A stretch of DNA of 64,000 nt from Brucellaceae bacterium (GTDB taxonomy: Bacteria > Pseudomonadota > Alphaproteobacteria > Rhizobiales > Rhizobiaceae): contig JACKJW010000009.1 of NCBI GenBank assembly GCA_020637755.1, positions 35,618-99,617 on the forward strand, written 5' to 3'. The position numbers were made by a program, and so were the translations under genes. Below the pieces are notes generated by a model, which saw nothing but the letters and a program-made list of their open reading frames with translations, had not been told where the DNA came from and ran no database searches. Each line of letters starts with the position of its first letter. The stretch's first letter is position 1. Positions 22,438-32,844 of this stretch are shown here, piece after piece.

Positions 22438-24684
22438 ATGGGACGCGCAGCCAAAATCGCCCGTCGCACCTTCCTGATCGGTACCGTCGCCGTGGCCGGT
22501 GGCGTCGCCTTCGGCACATGGCGATACAAGACGCCCTATGACAACCCGCTGCTGGACTGCCTTGGCGAGGGCGAAGCGGCCCTCACGCCCTATGTGAAGA
22601 TCGATGCCGGCGGCGTGACGCTGATCACGCCCCGCGCCGACAAGGGCCAGGGCACCTACCATGTGCAGGCCGCGCTGATCGCCGAGGAACTGGACATTGA
22701 TCTCGATCGGATCAGGGTCGATCCCGGCCCGCCCTCGAAGGCCTATTGGAACACCGCAGTGGCCGATGAATTCGCCCAGTTCTTCATTCCCGCCGCCGGC
22801 GTCGCACAGAATGCCCTAACCGCAGGTTTGGACACCGGCGTGAAAATTCTGGGCCTTCAACTGACCGGCGGATCCAGCACCGTGCCCGACCAGTTCGAGA
22901 AGCTGCGCATGGCTGGCGCCGTGGCCCGCGAGACACTGAAGGCTGCAGCTGCAAAGCAGTCCGGTGTGCCGGTAGCACAGTTGAAAACCGCCAACGGTGC
23001 GGTGCAGTTGCCCGACGGATCGGAACTGACCTATGTCGCGCTGGCGCCCGTCGCCGCCGCCATCGAACCGGTCAACCATGTCACCCTGCGCGACCCTTCA
23101 ACGTGGCGGCTGCTTGGCAAGCCGATGCAACGCATCGATATGGTAGCCAAATGCACCGGCACGCAGGCCTACGGCATCGATGCTCACGTCGACGGCATGG
23201 TTCACGCCGCCATCCTGCTGAACCCGGCACTGGGCGGTGCGCGCGAAAGTTTCGATGGCAGCGAGGCCTTGACGATGCGCGGCGTGAAAGCCGTGCTTCC
23301 TGTCACCGGCGGCGTGGCCGTCGTGGCCGACAACACCTGGCGCGCCTTTCAGGCGGTGCAAGCGGTCAAGGCGGAATGGGGCAAGGCGCCCTTCCCCGCT
23401 TCGATGGAGGAACATTGGCAGGCCCTGTCCGGTTCCTTCGTCGACGGCAGGCGGAACAGCCGCAATCGTGACGACGGAAATGTGGAGACGGCGCTAGCCG
23501 GAACCGCACCCGTCGAGGCAGAATACCGCGCGCCCTATCTGGCTCATGCGCCTTTGGAGCCGGTCAATGCCATCGTCCGCGTCAACAACGACAGCACGGT
23601 CGATGTCTGGGCCGGCACACAGATTCCCCGCTTCGTCCAGACCAACGTCGCCCGCATTGCAGGCGTTGATGCGGACAAGGTACGCGTCCATGTGCTGATG
23701 ATGGGTGGCAGCTTCGGCCACCGGCTGGAGGACGAGGCGGTCCGCCGCGCGGCCGAGATCGCGGTGCAGATGAAGGGCACCCCGGTCAAGCTCACCTATT
23801 CGCGCGAGCAGGACATGACCCATGAATTCCCGCGCCAGATCGCCATGGCACGCGTTCGCGGCGCGGTGAAGGACGGCAAGGTCGACGCGTTTGACCTTTC
23901 CATCGCCATGCCGGCAATCCTGCCGTCGCAATTTGGCCGCCAGGGACTTCCGGTGGCGGGACCGGACGGCGAGATCGTCGCTGGCGCCTGGAACCAGCCC
24001 TTCGCCATTCCCAACATGCGCGTGACCGGCTACCGCGTTCCGGAGCTCGTGCCCGTCAGTTCATGGCGCTCGGTCGGCGCCTCCTCCAACGGGTTTTTCT
24101 TCAACGCGGCGCTGGATGAACTGATCGAGGCGGCCGGCGCCGACCCGATGGAAGAGCGCCTGCGCCTGTGCAACGATCCCCTCGCCCGCAAGGTGCTGGA
24201 AGCCGTAGCGGAAATGTCCGGCTGGACCGGCGCGAGGCCGGCGCCGGGAACGGGCCGCGGTGTTGCCTTCACCAAGTCCTTTGGCGTCCATTGCGCCGAG
24301 GTGGTAGAGGTTTCCGGAACCGCTGACGGCATCCGCATCGGCAAGGTCTGGGTTGCTGCCGAAGTGGGACGTGTCCTCGATCCGGTGAACTTCGACAATC
24401 AGGTGAAGGGTGGTGTCATCTTTGGCTTGGGCCACGCGATGAATTGCGAGCTCACCTATCGCGATGGCATGGCCGAACAATCCAATTTCGACAGCTACGA
24501 AGGCATGCGCTTCAACCAGTGCCCGGTGATCGAAGTGCGCGGGCTGGAGAATGGCAGCAAGGTCCTTGGTATCGGCGAGCCGCCCGTGCCGCCGGCGGCC
24601 CCCGCCCTTGCCGGGGCCATCTTCGCGGCAACGGGCAAGCGCCTGCGCGAGATGCCGTTCAGCAAGGCGGTGACGTTCGCTTGA
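22438..24684 (+). CDS. Molybdopterin-binding subunit (IorB / xanthine dehydrogenase family)
   Basis: Tat-like ARRTFL, TGGSS, GGSFGHR, GIGEPPVPP. Confidence 0.9.
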   Translation: MGRAAKIARRTFLIGTVAVAGGVAFGTWRYKTPYDNPLLDCLGEGEAALTPYVKIDAGGVTLITPRADKGQGTYHVQAALIAEELDIDLDRIRVDPGPPSKAYWNTAVADEFAQFFIPAAGVAQNALTAGLDTGVKILGLQLTGGSSTVPDQFEKLRMAGAVARETLKAAAAKQSGVPVAQLKTANGAVQLPDGSELTYVALAPVAAAIEPVNHVTLRDPSTWRLLGKPMQRIDMVAKCTGTQAYGIDAHVDGMVHAAILLNPALGGARESFDGSEALTMRGVKAVLPVTGGVAVVADNTWRAFQAVQAVKAEWGKAPFPASMEEHWQALSGSFVDGRRNSRNRDDGNVETALAGTAPVEAEYRAPYLAHAPLEPVNAIVRVNNDSTVDVWAGTQIPRFVQTNVARIAGVDADKVRVHVLMMGGSFGHRLEDEAVRRAAEIAVQMKGTPVKLTYSREQDMTHEFPRQIAMARVRGAVKDGKVDAFDLSIAMPAILPSQFGRQGLPVAGPDGEIVAGAWNQPFAIPNMRVTGYRVPELVPVSSWRSVGASSNGFFFNAALDELIEAAGADPMEERLRLCNDPLARKVLEAVAEMSGWTGARPAPGTGRGVAFTKSFGVHCAEVVEVSGTADGIRIGKVWVAAEVGRVLDPVNFDNQVKGGVIFGLGHAMNCELTYRDGMAEQSNFDSYEGMRFNQCPVIEVRGLENGSKVLGIGEPPVPPAAPALAGAIFAATGKRLREMPFSKAVTFA

Positions 24685-24876
24685 CGGCACCGGCCGCACC
24701 CGTCAGCCGCGCTGCTGACACCTTGTGTCAGCAATGAGGCTGCACGGCGCCGTTGCGGTTTTGCAACAGCGATAGCCATGCTAGAACGGGCGCCTTGCAA
24801 CTGCTGCGGCAAGACGCCACATCAAGGGCACATTTCGGCCGGAAAGCTTCCGGCACGCTGCAACCGGACCGGACCC

Positions 24877-26013
24877 ATGTCAAAATTCAGGTTTCACAAG
24901 ATCGCGGCGATTGCCGTTCTCGCCGCTTCGGCAGCATGGGTCGTCACAGGTGAATTCTCCTCCGTCGGCAGCGCAGCCATCGGCGAGGAAAAGGCTGCCA
25001 AGCCGGAAGGCACGCCCGCACCGGCCGCCGTTGCAACCCTGAAGACTGTCGCAGTGGTCAACCCGCCGTTCATCGGCCACGCCCGTGCCATCCGCGTGTC
25101 CGGCCTCACCAAGGCCGACAAGTCCGCGACGCTCGCAGTGCGCACCGGCGGCATCATCGCCTCGCTCCCCGTCAAGCAAGGCCAGCGCATCGACGAGGGC
25201 GATCTCGTCCTGTCGCTGGAAGCCGAGGGCAAGGGCGCCGCCGTTGAAAGCGCGCGCGCGGTCCTGGCCCAGCGCGAGAAGGAATATGAAGCCGCCGACC
25301 GGCTGGCAAAGCGCGGCAGCCTGCCAAAGCTCCAGCTCGACACCGCGCGCTCCGCGCTTGCAGCCGCGCGATCCGCCCTGGAAAAGTCGGAGGCCGATCT
25401 CGGCCAGGTGGAAGTGCGAGCGCCCTTCTCCGGCATCATCGACACGGTGACAGTCGAGCAGGGAAGCGCCGTCCAGCAGGGTACGCCCGTGGCCACGCTG
25501 CTCCAGCTTGATCCGGTGATTGCGTCGGGCGAAGTGTCCGAGCGCGACCTTGCCCATATCGCCATCGGCGGCAAGGCGCAGGTGCGCCTGATTTCCGGCC
25601 GCGAGGTGGAAGGCCGCATCCATTATATTTCCCGGCAGGCAAGTGCCGCGACCCGCACCTTCCCCGTTGAGGTGGAAGTCGCCAATCCTGACGCCGCGAT
25701 TCCCGCCGGCATGACCGCCGAGATCACGCTCACCACCGATCCGGTTCAGGCTGTCATGCTGCCGCGCTCGGTGGTCACGCTCTCGCGGGACGGTGACCTC
25801 GGTATCCGCATCGCCAAGCCGGATGACACGGTGGACTTCGTGCCCATCGACCTGATTGACGACACGCCGCAAGGCCTCGTGCTGGGCGGCGTTCCGCAGG
25901 ATGCCCGCATCATCGTGGCAGGCCAGGACCTTGTGACTGAAGGCGAGAAGGTGAACGCCGTGACCGCCGACGAGGCGACGCTGCGCCGCCTGGCCGGTGA
26001 ACTGGCCAAATAG
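24877..26013 (+). CDS. RND efflux periplasmic adaptor subunit
   Basis: Lipoyl-hairpin MFP motifs (LPVKQGQRI, VRAPFSGII, TRTFPVEV). Confidence 0.9.
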   Translation: MSKFRFHKIAAIAVLAASAAWVVTGEFSSVGSAAIGEEKAAKPEGTPAPAAVATLKTVAVVNPPFIGHARAIRVSGLTKADKSATLAVRTGGIIASLPVKQGQRIDEGDLVLSLEAEGKGAAVESARAVLAQREKEYEAADRLAKRGSLPKLQLDTARSALAAARSALEKSEADLGQVEVRAPFSGIIDTVTVEQGSAVQQGTPVATLLQLDPVIASGEVSERDLAHIAIGGKAQVRLISGREVEGRIHYISRQASAATRTFPVEVEVANPDAAIPAGMTAEITLTTDPVQAVMLPRSVVTLSRDGDLGIRIAKPDDTVDFVPIDLIDDTPQGLVLGGVPQDARIIVAGQDLVTEGEKVNAVTADEATLRRLAGELAK

Positions 26014-26015
26014 CC

Positions 26016-29000
26016 ATGGGTATCGTTTCCTACGCCATCCGCAATGCGCGGCTGACCATCTCGATCCTGCTCTTCTTCCTCGTGGCGGGCGCCCTGTCCT
26101 ATATCGCCATTCCCAAGGAAGCTGAGCCGGACATCCAGATCCCGATCATCTACGTGTCGATGACCTATCAGGGCATTTCGCCCGAAGACAGCGAACGCCT
26201 GCTGTTGCGCCCGGTCGAGACACGGCTGAAATCCATCACCGGCATCAAGGAAATGCGCTCCACCGCCTATCAGGGTGGCGGCAACGTGATCGTGGAATTC
26301 CAGGCCGGCGCCGATCTCGACAAGGCGCTCGATGATGTGCGCAACAAGGTGTCGGACGCCAAGCGCGACCTGCCATCGGGCGCCGACGAACCGACCGTCA
26401 ACGAGGTCAACATCTCGGAATTCCCGGTCCTCGTCGTCACCCTGTCGGGCGACGTGCCGGAGCGCGCGCTGACGGCGGCCGCCCGTGAACTGCGTGACCG
26501 CATCGAGGAAGTCTCCGGCGTGCTGGACGCCGCCCTGCGCGGTGCGCGCGACGATCTCGTCGAAGTCATCATCGACCCGGTGAAGCTCTCATCCTACGGC
26601 CTGCGCCTCGACCAGTTGATTGCCGGGGTCAACGCCAACAATTCGCTCGTGGCCGCAGGCCAGTTGCAGGGGCAGGAAGGCCGCTTCGCCATCAAGGTGC
26701 CCTCGCTCATCGAGACCGTCGAGGACGTCGCCAACCTGCCCGTCGTGGCCGGACCCAATGCCGTTGTGCGCGCCCGCGATCTTGCCACCATCCGCTCGAC
26801 CTTCAAGGATGCCGAAACGATCACGAGGCTGGACGGAAAGCCGGCCATCGCCATCGAGGTGTCGAAACGCACCGGAGCCAATCTGGTCGAAACCGTCGAC
26901 AAGGTGAAGGCCGTCGCCACCGAGTTCCAGAAGCTGCTTCCACCTGGCGCGCAAATCGCCTTCAGCCAGGACAAATCCACCACCATCCGCCAGATGCTGG
27001 GCGACCTTCAGAACTCGGTGCTGACAGCGGTAATCCTCGTCTTCATCGTCATCCTTTATGCGCTGTCGGGCCGCGCCTCGCTGCTGATCGGCCTCGCCAT
27101 CCCGGCCTCATTTCTGATGGGCATTCTTGGCCTGTCGCTGGCCGGCATGACGATCAACATCGTCGTCCTCTTCTCGCTCATCCTTGCTGTCGGCATGCTG
27201 GTGGATGACGCCATCATCGTCACCGAGTTTGCCGAGCGGCGCATGAGCGAGGGCATGGCCAAGGATGAGGCTTTCGCAATGGCTGCCCATCGCATGGCCG
27301 GCCCCGTCATCGCCGCCACCATGACCCGCGTTGCCGCCTTCTCACCGCTCCTGTTCTGGCCGGGCATCGTCGGCGAATTCATGAAGTACATGCCGATCAC
27401 GCTGATCGCGACACTGTCGGCCTCCATGGCCTATGCGCTGATCTTTACGCCGGCCCTCGGCTCGCTGATCGCCAAGCCCACCGTCGAGGAGGGGCCGGGC
27501 AAGGACGGCCTCTACATGTGGATCGTGAACAAGGCGATCCGCCATCCCTTTCTTGTGATGACGGCGGCCATTGGCCTGCTGTTCGCGGTCCCGGTCGCCT
27601 ACGGCCAGATGGGGAAGGGTGTGGAATTCTTCCCGAATGTCGAGCCGGAATACGGCCTGCTCTATGTCCATGCGCGCGGCAATCTCTCCCTTGATGAACA
27701 GGATGCCGTCACGCGCCAGGCCGAAAGCCGTATCCTTGGCTGGCCCGGTGTCAAGACCGTCTACACCCGAGTCGGCAAGGTGCAGGGCGGCGGCGGAGCG
27801 CAGGTTGCCGAGGACGTGGTTGGCGTCATCCAGTACGAATTCGTCGACTGGCGCGAGCGCAAGGATGCCAACGCCATCCTCGCAGACCTGCGCGAGGCGA
27901 TGAAGGGCATACCCGGCGCCGAGATCGAGGTGTCGGTGCCGCAGGCAGGCCCGCCCACCGGCAAGGCCATCCAGGTGCGCCTCTCGGCCGCCGATCCGGA
28001 CGGGCTGAACGATGTGGCCGCAAATGTCGCCGCCATGCTGCGCGCCGTGCCGGACGTGATCGACATTTCCGACGGTCTGCCCTCGCCCGGCATCGACTGG
28101 GAGCTGAAGGTGGACCGCACCCGGGCAGCCCAATACGGTATCGGACCGGCTTCGGTCGGCACCGTGGTGCAGCTCGTCACCACCGGCCTGAAGCTGTCCG
28201 ATTACCGCCCCGCCGGGGCCGACGACGCCGTGGACATCCGTCTGCGCCTGCCGGAAGACCGCCGCACATTGGCCATGCTGGACGAGTTGCGCGTGGAAAC
28301 GGCGCAGGGCTCGGTGCCGATCTCCAACTTCGTCACCCGCGAGGCCGCACAGCGCACCGGCATCCTCAACCGCATCGACGGGTCGCGCACCGTGACCGTG
28401 CAGGCCGGCATCCGCGAAGGCGTGCAGGCCGATGGCGTGCGCCAGAAGGTGATCGACGGCATCAGCGCCATGAACCTCGATGCCAAGGGCATCCGCTGGA
28501 AGCTCGCCGGCGAGGACGAGGAGCAGAAGGCCGCAGGCGAGTTCCTCTCTAAGGCCTTTGCTGCCGCCATGTTCCTGATCTTCGTGGTGCTGCTCGCCCA
28601 GTTCAACAAGTTCCTGTCGGTCGGCCTCGTGCTGACGGCAGTGGTCATGTCCACCATCGGCGTGTTCCTTGGCCTGATGATCATGGGTCAGCCCTTTGGC
28701 GTGGTCATGTCGGGCATCGGCATCATCGCGCTCGCCGGTGTCGTCGTGAACAACAACATCGTGCTCATCGACACCTACGACCATCTGCGCTCCGAAGGCT
28801 GGGACAAGGTGGACGCCATCCTCCAGACCTGCCGCGAGCGCGCGCGGCCCGTGGTGCTGACTGCCGTGACCGCCATCCTCGGCGTGCTGCCCATTGCCTT
28901 CGGCTGGAATCTGGAGCTGATGAACCACGAGACGACCATCGGAGCGCCTTCCACCCAATGGTGGATCTCGCTCTCCTCGGCCATCGTCTTCGGCCTCGCC

Positions 29001-29150
29001 TTCTCTACCGTTCTTACGCTGATCGTCACGCCCTCCATGCTGATGATCGTGACCCGGTCGAAGGACAGCAAGGTTTCCCGCTTCCTCGCCCGCCTGCGCC
29101 GCAGGCCGCAAGCGAAGGCAGACAAGACGGTTCCGCAGCCCGGCGAATAG
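26016..29150 (+). CDS. RND efflux permease (AcrB family)
   Basis: 1044 aa, GMLVDDAIIVTE, GVVVNNNIVLID, RARPVVLT. Confidence 0.94.
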   Translation: MGIVSYAIRNARLTISILLFFLVAGALSYIAIPKEAEPDIQIPIIYVSMTYQGISPEDSERLLLRPVETRLKSITGIKEMRSTAYQGGGNVIVEFQAGADLDKALDDVRNKVSDAKRDLPSGADEPTVNEVNISEFPVLVVTLSGDVPERALTAAARELRDRIEEVSGVLDAALRGARDDLVEVIIDPVKLSSYGLRLDQLIAGVNANNSLVAAGQLQGQEGRFAIKVPSLIETVEDVANLPVVAGPNAVVRARDLATIRSTFKDAETITRLDGKPAIAIEVSKRTGANLVETVDKVKAVATEFQKLLPPGAQIAFSQDKSTTIRQMLGDLQNSVLTAVILVFIVILYALSGRASLLIGLAIPASFLMGILGLSLAGMTINIVVLFSLILAVGMLVDDAIIVTEFAERRMSEGMAKDEAFAMAAHRMAGPVIAATMTRVAAFSPLLFWPGIVGEFMKYMPITLIATLSASMAYALIFTPALGSLIAKPTVEEGPGKDGLYMWIVNKAIRHPFLVMTAAIGLLFAVPVAYGQMGKGVEFFPNVEPEYGLLYVHARGNLSLDEQDAVTRQAESRILGWPGVKTVYTRVGKVQGGGGAQVAEDVVGVIQYEFVDWRERKDANAILADLREAMKGIPGAEIEVSVPQAGPPTGKAIQVRLSAADPDGLNDVAANVAAMLRAVPDVIDISDGLPSPGIDWELKVDRTRAAQYGIGPASVGTVVQLVTTGLKLSDYRPAGADDAVDIRLRLPEDRRTLAMLDELRVETAQGSVPISNFVTREAAQRTGILNRIDGSRTVTVQAGIREGVQADGVRQKVIDGISAMNLDAKGIRWKLAGEDEEQKAAGEFLSKAFAAAMFLIFVVLLAQFNKFLSVGLVLTAVVMSTIGVFLGLMIMGQPFGVVMSGIGIIALAGVVVNNNIVLIDTYDHLRSEGWDKVDAILQTCRERARPVVLTAVTAILGVLPIAFGWNLELMNHETTIGAPSTQWWISLSSAIVFGLAFSTVLTLIVTPSMLMIVTRSKDSKVSRFLARLRRRPQAKADKTVPQPGE

Positions 29151-29188
29151 GCTGCGGAACGTTCCGTCTCATGGACTGGTCCGGGCCG

Positions 29189-30163
29189 TCACGCGGCCTG
29201 CCGTTTTTCCGCCGCAGGTGCGATGCTGTCATCAAGCCGGAGATCGGCGAGCGCCTGACGGATCGCCTCCACAGGCGGTGTCACCGCTGAAGTGCCAATG
29301 AGGGCATCCAGCTTGTGCCCGTCCAGCGAATGGGCCGTGTCCCACAGATAGCGCATCTTCACGACTTCGCGCAGGACCGGCGACAACAGCCCGATCAGGC
29401 TCATCATCGTCCACGGTGCGCCGCCCCGCCTGAGCTTGCGGCCGGTCGCCTTTTCAGTTGCCGCCAGCATCTCGTCGCCCGTCAGCGTATGACCCGCGAA
29501 GTGGAAGCGCTCGAAGGCACCGAGCTCGCCGCGCTTCTCGGCCACAGCCGCGAAGGCGCGACCGAGATCTGGCAGGTAGGCAAAGGCATGCGGCAGGTTC
29601 CAGGCACCCGGCCAGGTGAACTTGCCCTTGCGCAGGTCCTTGCAGATCATCAGGTCCAGCCAGGTCTCCGGCTTCGGCCCGCCGTAGAAATCGCCTGCCC
29701 GGAGGATAATGACCTGAACGCCGTCCTCGCGCGTCGCTTGTTCGAGCCGCTGTTCCATGGCGATACGGATGGCGGCCTTTTCCGTCGATGCGATCTGCGG
29801 CGCGTCCTCGGAAACGTTCGTGCCGATCTCCCGGCCGAAATTGTAGACATTGCCAGGGATCATCAGCGTTGCGCCCGTCGCCTTGGCAGCCGCGATAGCG
29901 TTTTCGATCATCGGAAGCACCGTCGTCGCCCATTTGTCATAGGGTGGGTTGGCTGCGTGCAGGATGACATCGGACCCTGCGCAGGCTGCGGTCAGCCCGT
30001 CGCGGTCAGACGCGCTGGCTTCAACCGGCATCACGCCCGCGGCCATTTCCCTGGTCTTTACGCCGCGCCCGATGCCGCGCACCGCCCAGCCGGCTTCCAG
30101 AAAGCCTTGAGAAGCGGCATGGCCGACCCGGCCGGCAGCTCCGATGATGGTGATCGTGGACAT
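29189..30163 (-). CDS. NAD-dependent epimerase/dehydratase family protein
   Basis: IIGAAGRVG Rossmann, HAANPPY, PGNVYNFG, RAGDFYG; AGGAG RBS before ATG 30163. Confidence 0.87.
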   Translation of the reverse strand: MSTITIIGAAGRVGHAASQGFLEAGWAVRGIGRGVKTREMAAGVMPVEASASDRDGLTAACAGSDVILHAANPPYDKWATTVLPMIENAIAAAKATGATLMIPGNVYNFGREIGTNVSEDAPQIASTEKAAIRIAMEQRLEQATREDGVQVIILRAGDFYGGPKPETWLDLMICKDLRKGKFTWPGAWNLPHAFAYLPDLGRAFAAVAEKRGELGAFERFHFAGHTLTGDEMLAATEKATGRKLRRGGAPWTMMSLIGLLSPVLREVVKMRYLWDTAHSLDGHKLDALIGTSAVTPPVEAIRQALADLRLDDSIAPAAEKRQAA

Positions 30164-30262
30164 GTCATTCTCCTGTGCTTGACTGTAGGCTCGGAGGATG
30201 CTCCATCTGAATATGAATGAAAATTCCAAGACTTTGGATGATTGCTATTTGGAAATGAATGG

Positions 30263-31165
30263 ATGCAGGAGTTTGACTGGAACCTCGTGAAGGGCTTTCT
30301 GGCGGTTGCCGAAACTGGCAGCCTGTCCGCCGCCGCGCGCAAGCTTGCTGCTTCGCAGCCGACACTCGGCCGCCACATCAGCGAGCTGGAAGCCGCGCTC
30401 GGCGTCACCCTGTTTGAGCGACTGCCCCGGGGCATGGCACTGACCGAGGCTGGAACCGCCCTGCTGGAGCATGCAGGCGCCATGCAGGCCGGCAGCGCGG
30501 CGCTTTCGCTCGCAGCAACCGGCCGCTCGGCGGCCATTGAAGGCACCTTACGCATCACTGCGAGCCAGATGGTGGCGCACTTCCTGCTGCCGCCGGTCCT
30601 TGCACGCCTTCACCGGGAAGAGCCCGGCCTTCATCTGGAAATCGTCAGTTCCAATACAGTCGAAAACCTGCTGGCCCGCGACGCCGACATTGCCATCCGC
30701 ATGACCGCGCCGCAGCAGGCCGAACTTGTGGCGCGCAAGATCACCGATGTTGCGGTCGGCCTGTTCGCCGCCCCCGCCTATCTCGACCGGCGTGGCACCC
30801 CGCAGGCTCTGGAAGACCTGCTGCTCCATGACTTTGTCGGCTATGACCGGGACACCCAGATGTTGCGCGGTTTCGCCGCCGTGGGCCATCCGGTGACGCG
30901 TGATTTCTTCCCTTTGCGCACCGACGATCAGGTGCTGAACTGGCGGCTTGTGGAGCAGGGCGCAGGCCTCGGCTTCACGCAGGTCCTCGTCGGGCTGTCC
31001 TCGCCCCATGTCGTGCCTGTCCTGCCGGACCTGCCGTTGCCCGCACTGCCCATGTATCTGGCCGCCCACCGCGAATTGCGCAATTCCGCGCGCATTCGCC
31101 GTGTCTTCGATTTCCTGGCCGAAGAGCTGGCGCGCCTTCCGCTCGACGCGCGCGCCGGGACCTGA
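30263..31165 (+). CDS. LysR family regulator
   Basis: DWNLVKGFLAVAETGSLSAAARKL..SQPTLGRHI. Confidence 0.93.
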   Translation: MQEFDWNLVKGFLAVAETGSLSAAARKLAASQPTLGRHISELEAALGVTLFERLPRGMALTEAGTALLEHAGAMQAGSAALSLAATGRSAAIEGTLRITASQMVAHFLLPPVLARLHREEPGLHLEIVSSNTVENLLARDADIAIRMTAPQQAELVARKITDVAVGLFAAPAYLDRRGTPQALEDLLLHDFVGYDRDTQMLRGFAAVGHPVTRDFFPLRTDDQVLNWRLVEQGAGLGFTQVLVGLSSPHVVPVLPDLPLPALPMYLAAHRELRNSARIRRVFDFLAEELARLPLDARAGT

Positions 31166-31166
31166 A

Positions 31167-31847
31167 TCAACCTTCGGCCATGGCTTGCAGCAGGGCCATC
31201 AGCCGGGTGGCCTCGGCGGCAGCCAGTTCGCCATCCCCGGACAGGATGGCGTCAATCAGGTCGACATGATGCTCGGCCGCCTCCGCGAGGCTGTCCGAAC
31301 CGGCATTGGCAAACCAGTAGCGCCGCGAATGGGTTTGCAGCGGGGCCGCAAGCCGTGCGGCATAGGGATTGCCTGCGGCCCGCGCCAGCACCGTGTCGAA
31401 AGCCTTGTCGGCAGAAAGGAAGGCGCGCGTGTCCCCGGCCTCCATCGCCTCGCCCATGGCCTGCGCGACCGCCGCCATGTCACCGGCCATCGGTTGCGAC
31501 ACCGCCTTTGCGGCACCGCGCGCCATCACAGCCTCCACGCCGCGCCGCGCCTCGATGATCTTCAGCCAGTCGCCATCGACCAGCGGCGCGATTTCCAGCC
31601 CCGAGCGCGGACGCACCGTCAGCAGCCCCTCCCAGGCGAGGCGCTGCACCGCCTCGCGCAGCGGGGTGCGCCCCATGCCCGTGCGCGCGATGAGCGCCGC
31701 CTCGGTGATCCGCATGCCCGGCGCCAGGTCCAGCGTGACGATCTGCTGTTCCAGCAGCAGGTAAGCCTGTTCGGCCAAGCTTGCCGATGCGCTTTCACCT
31801 GCGATTCCACCCGCCATGCCGCCCGCTTCTCGATCACTCTCCGTCAT
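31167..31847 (-). CDS. GntR/FCD family regulator
   Basis: wHTH GRTPLREAVQRL plus FCD-like C-terminus; divergent from the hydroxyproline genes; start uncertain. Confidence 0.88.
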   Translation of the reverse strand: MTESDREAGGMAGGIAGESASASLAEQAYLLLEQQIVTLDLAPGMRITEAALIARTGMGRTPLREAVQRLAWEGLLTVRPRSGLEIAPLVDGDWLKIIEARRGVEAVMARGAAKAVSQPMAGDMAAVAQAMGEAMEAGDTRAFLSADKAFDTVLARAAGNPYAARLAAPLQTHSRRYWFANAGSDSLAEAAEHHVDLIDAILSGDGELAAAEATRLMALLQAMAEG

Positions 31848-31893
31848 CTGATATATCAACCCTTGCCGTAGTCGCTCCGTACTGATATATCAG
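31848..31893. promoter_or_regulatory. Paired GntR operator palindromes
   Basis: CTGATATATCAA (31848-31859) and perfect CTGATATATCAG (31882-31893). Confidence 0.75.
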
Positions 31894-31917
31894 AACTCCG
31901 AACGAAGGAGAACAGCC

Positions 31918-32811
31918 ATGTGGAAAGGTGTCTTTCCGGCCGTCACCACCAAGTTTGACGAGGTTGGTGATCTCGACCACGCCGAAATGGAGCGCTGCTT
32001 CGCGCTGATGATGGATGCCGGTTGCGACGGCATGATCATCGGTGGCTCACTGGGTGAAGGTCCGATGCTGTCGCCGGAAGAAAAGGTCGCGGTGCTCGCC
32101 ACGGCACGCGGCGTTGCGGGCGGCAAGCCGGTGCTGATGACCGTCAATGAGGCAGGAACCCGCGAGGCTTGCGCCCGTGCCCGCGAAGCCGCAGAGGCGG
32201 GTGCAGACGGCATCATGCTCGTGCCCTCCATGGTCTACCATGCCACGCCGAAGGAAGCCGTCGCCTCCATGTCGATGGTGGCAAAGGCCGGCGGCCTGCC
32301 CGTGATGATCTATTCCAACCGTGTCGCCTACCGCGTGGATGTGACCGTGGACATGATGACCGAACTGGCTGCCAATCCGCTTTTCGTCGCAGTCAAGGAA
32401 AGCTCCGACGACATCCGCCGGTCCACCGAGATCATCTCCGCCCTGGGCAGCCGCTACGACCTCTTTACCGGCATCGACAATCTCGCCTACGAGGCACTGG
32501 CCATGGGCGCAACGGGCTGGGTGGCCGGTCTGGTGACCGCCTTCCCGCGCGAGACCGTTGCCATCTATCAACTCATGCAACAAGGCCGGCAGGCCGAGGC
32601 GCTGTCCATCTACCGCTGGTTCCGCCCACTACTGGACCTCGACGTCTCCACCTTCCTCGTCCAGAACCTGAAACTGGCCGAGGTCCATGCGATCGGCTCC
32701 AATGACCGCGTGCGGATGCCGCGCATGCCGCTGGAGGGCGAACGCCGGGCCGCCGTCGAGGCCACCATCCGCGCAGCGCTTGCCACGCGGCCGAGCTTGC
32801 CCCAATTCTGA
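31918..32811 (+). CDS. DapA-family protein, probable 1-pyrroline-4-hydroxy-2-carboxylate deaminase
   Basis: GSLGE, IYSN, AVKESS; clustered with a hydroxyproline epimerase. Confidence 0.82.
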   Translation: MWKGVFPAVTTKFDEVGDLDHAEMERCFALMMDAGCDGMIIGGSLGEGPMLSPEEKVAVLATARGVAGGKPVLMTVNEAGTREACARAREAAEAGADGIMLVPSMVYHATPKEAVASMSMVAKAGGLPVMIYSNRVAYRVDVTVDMMTELAANPLFVAVKESSDDIRRSTEIISALGSRYDLFTGIDNLAYEALAMGATGWVAGLVTAFPRETVAIYQLMQQGRQAEALSIYRWFRPLLDLDVSTFLVQNLKLAEVHAIGSNDRVRMPRMPLEGERRAAVEATIRAALATRPSLPQF

Positions 32812-32844
32812 AGCTGACCAAAGGGCCGGGAAAGGACCGGAGCG

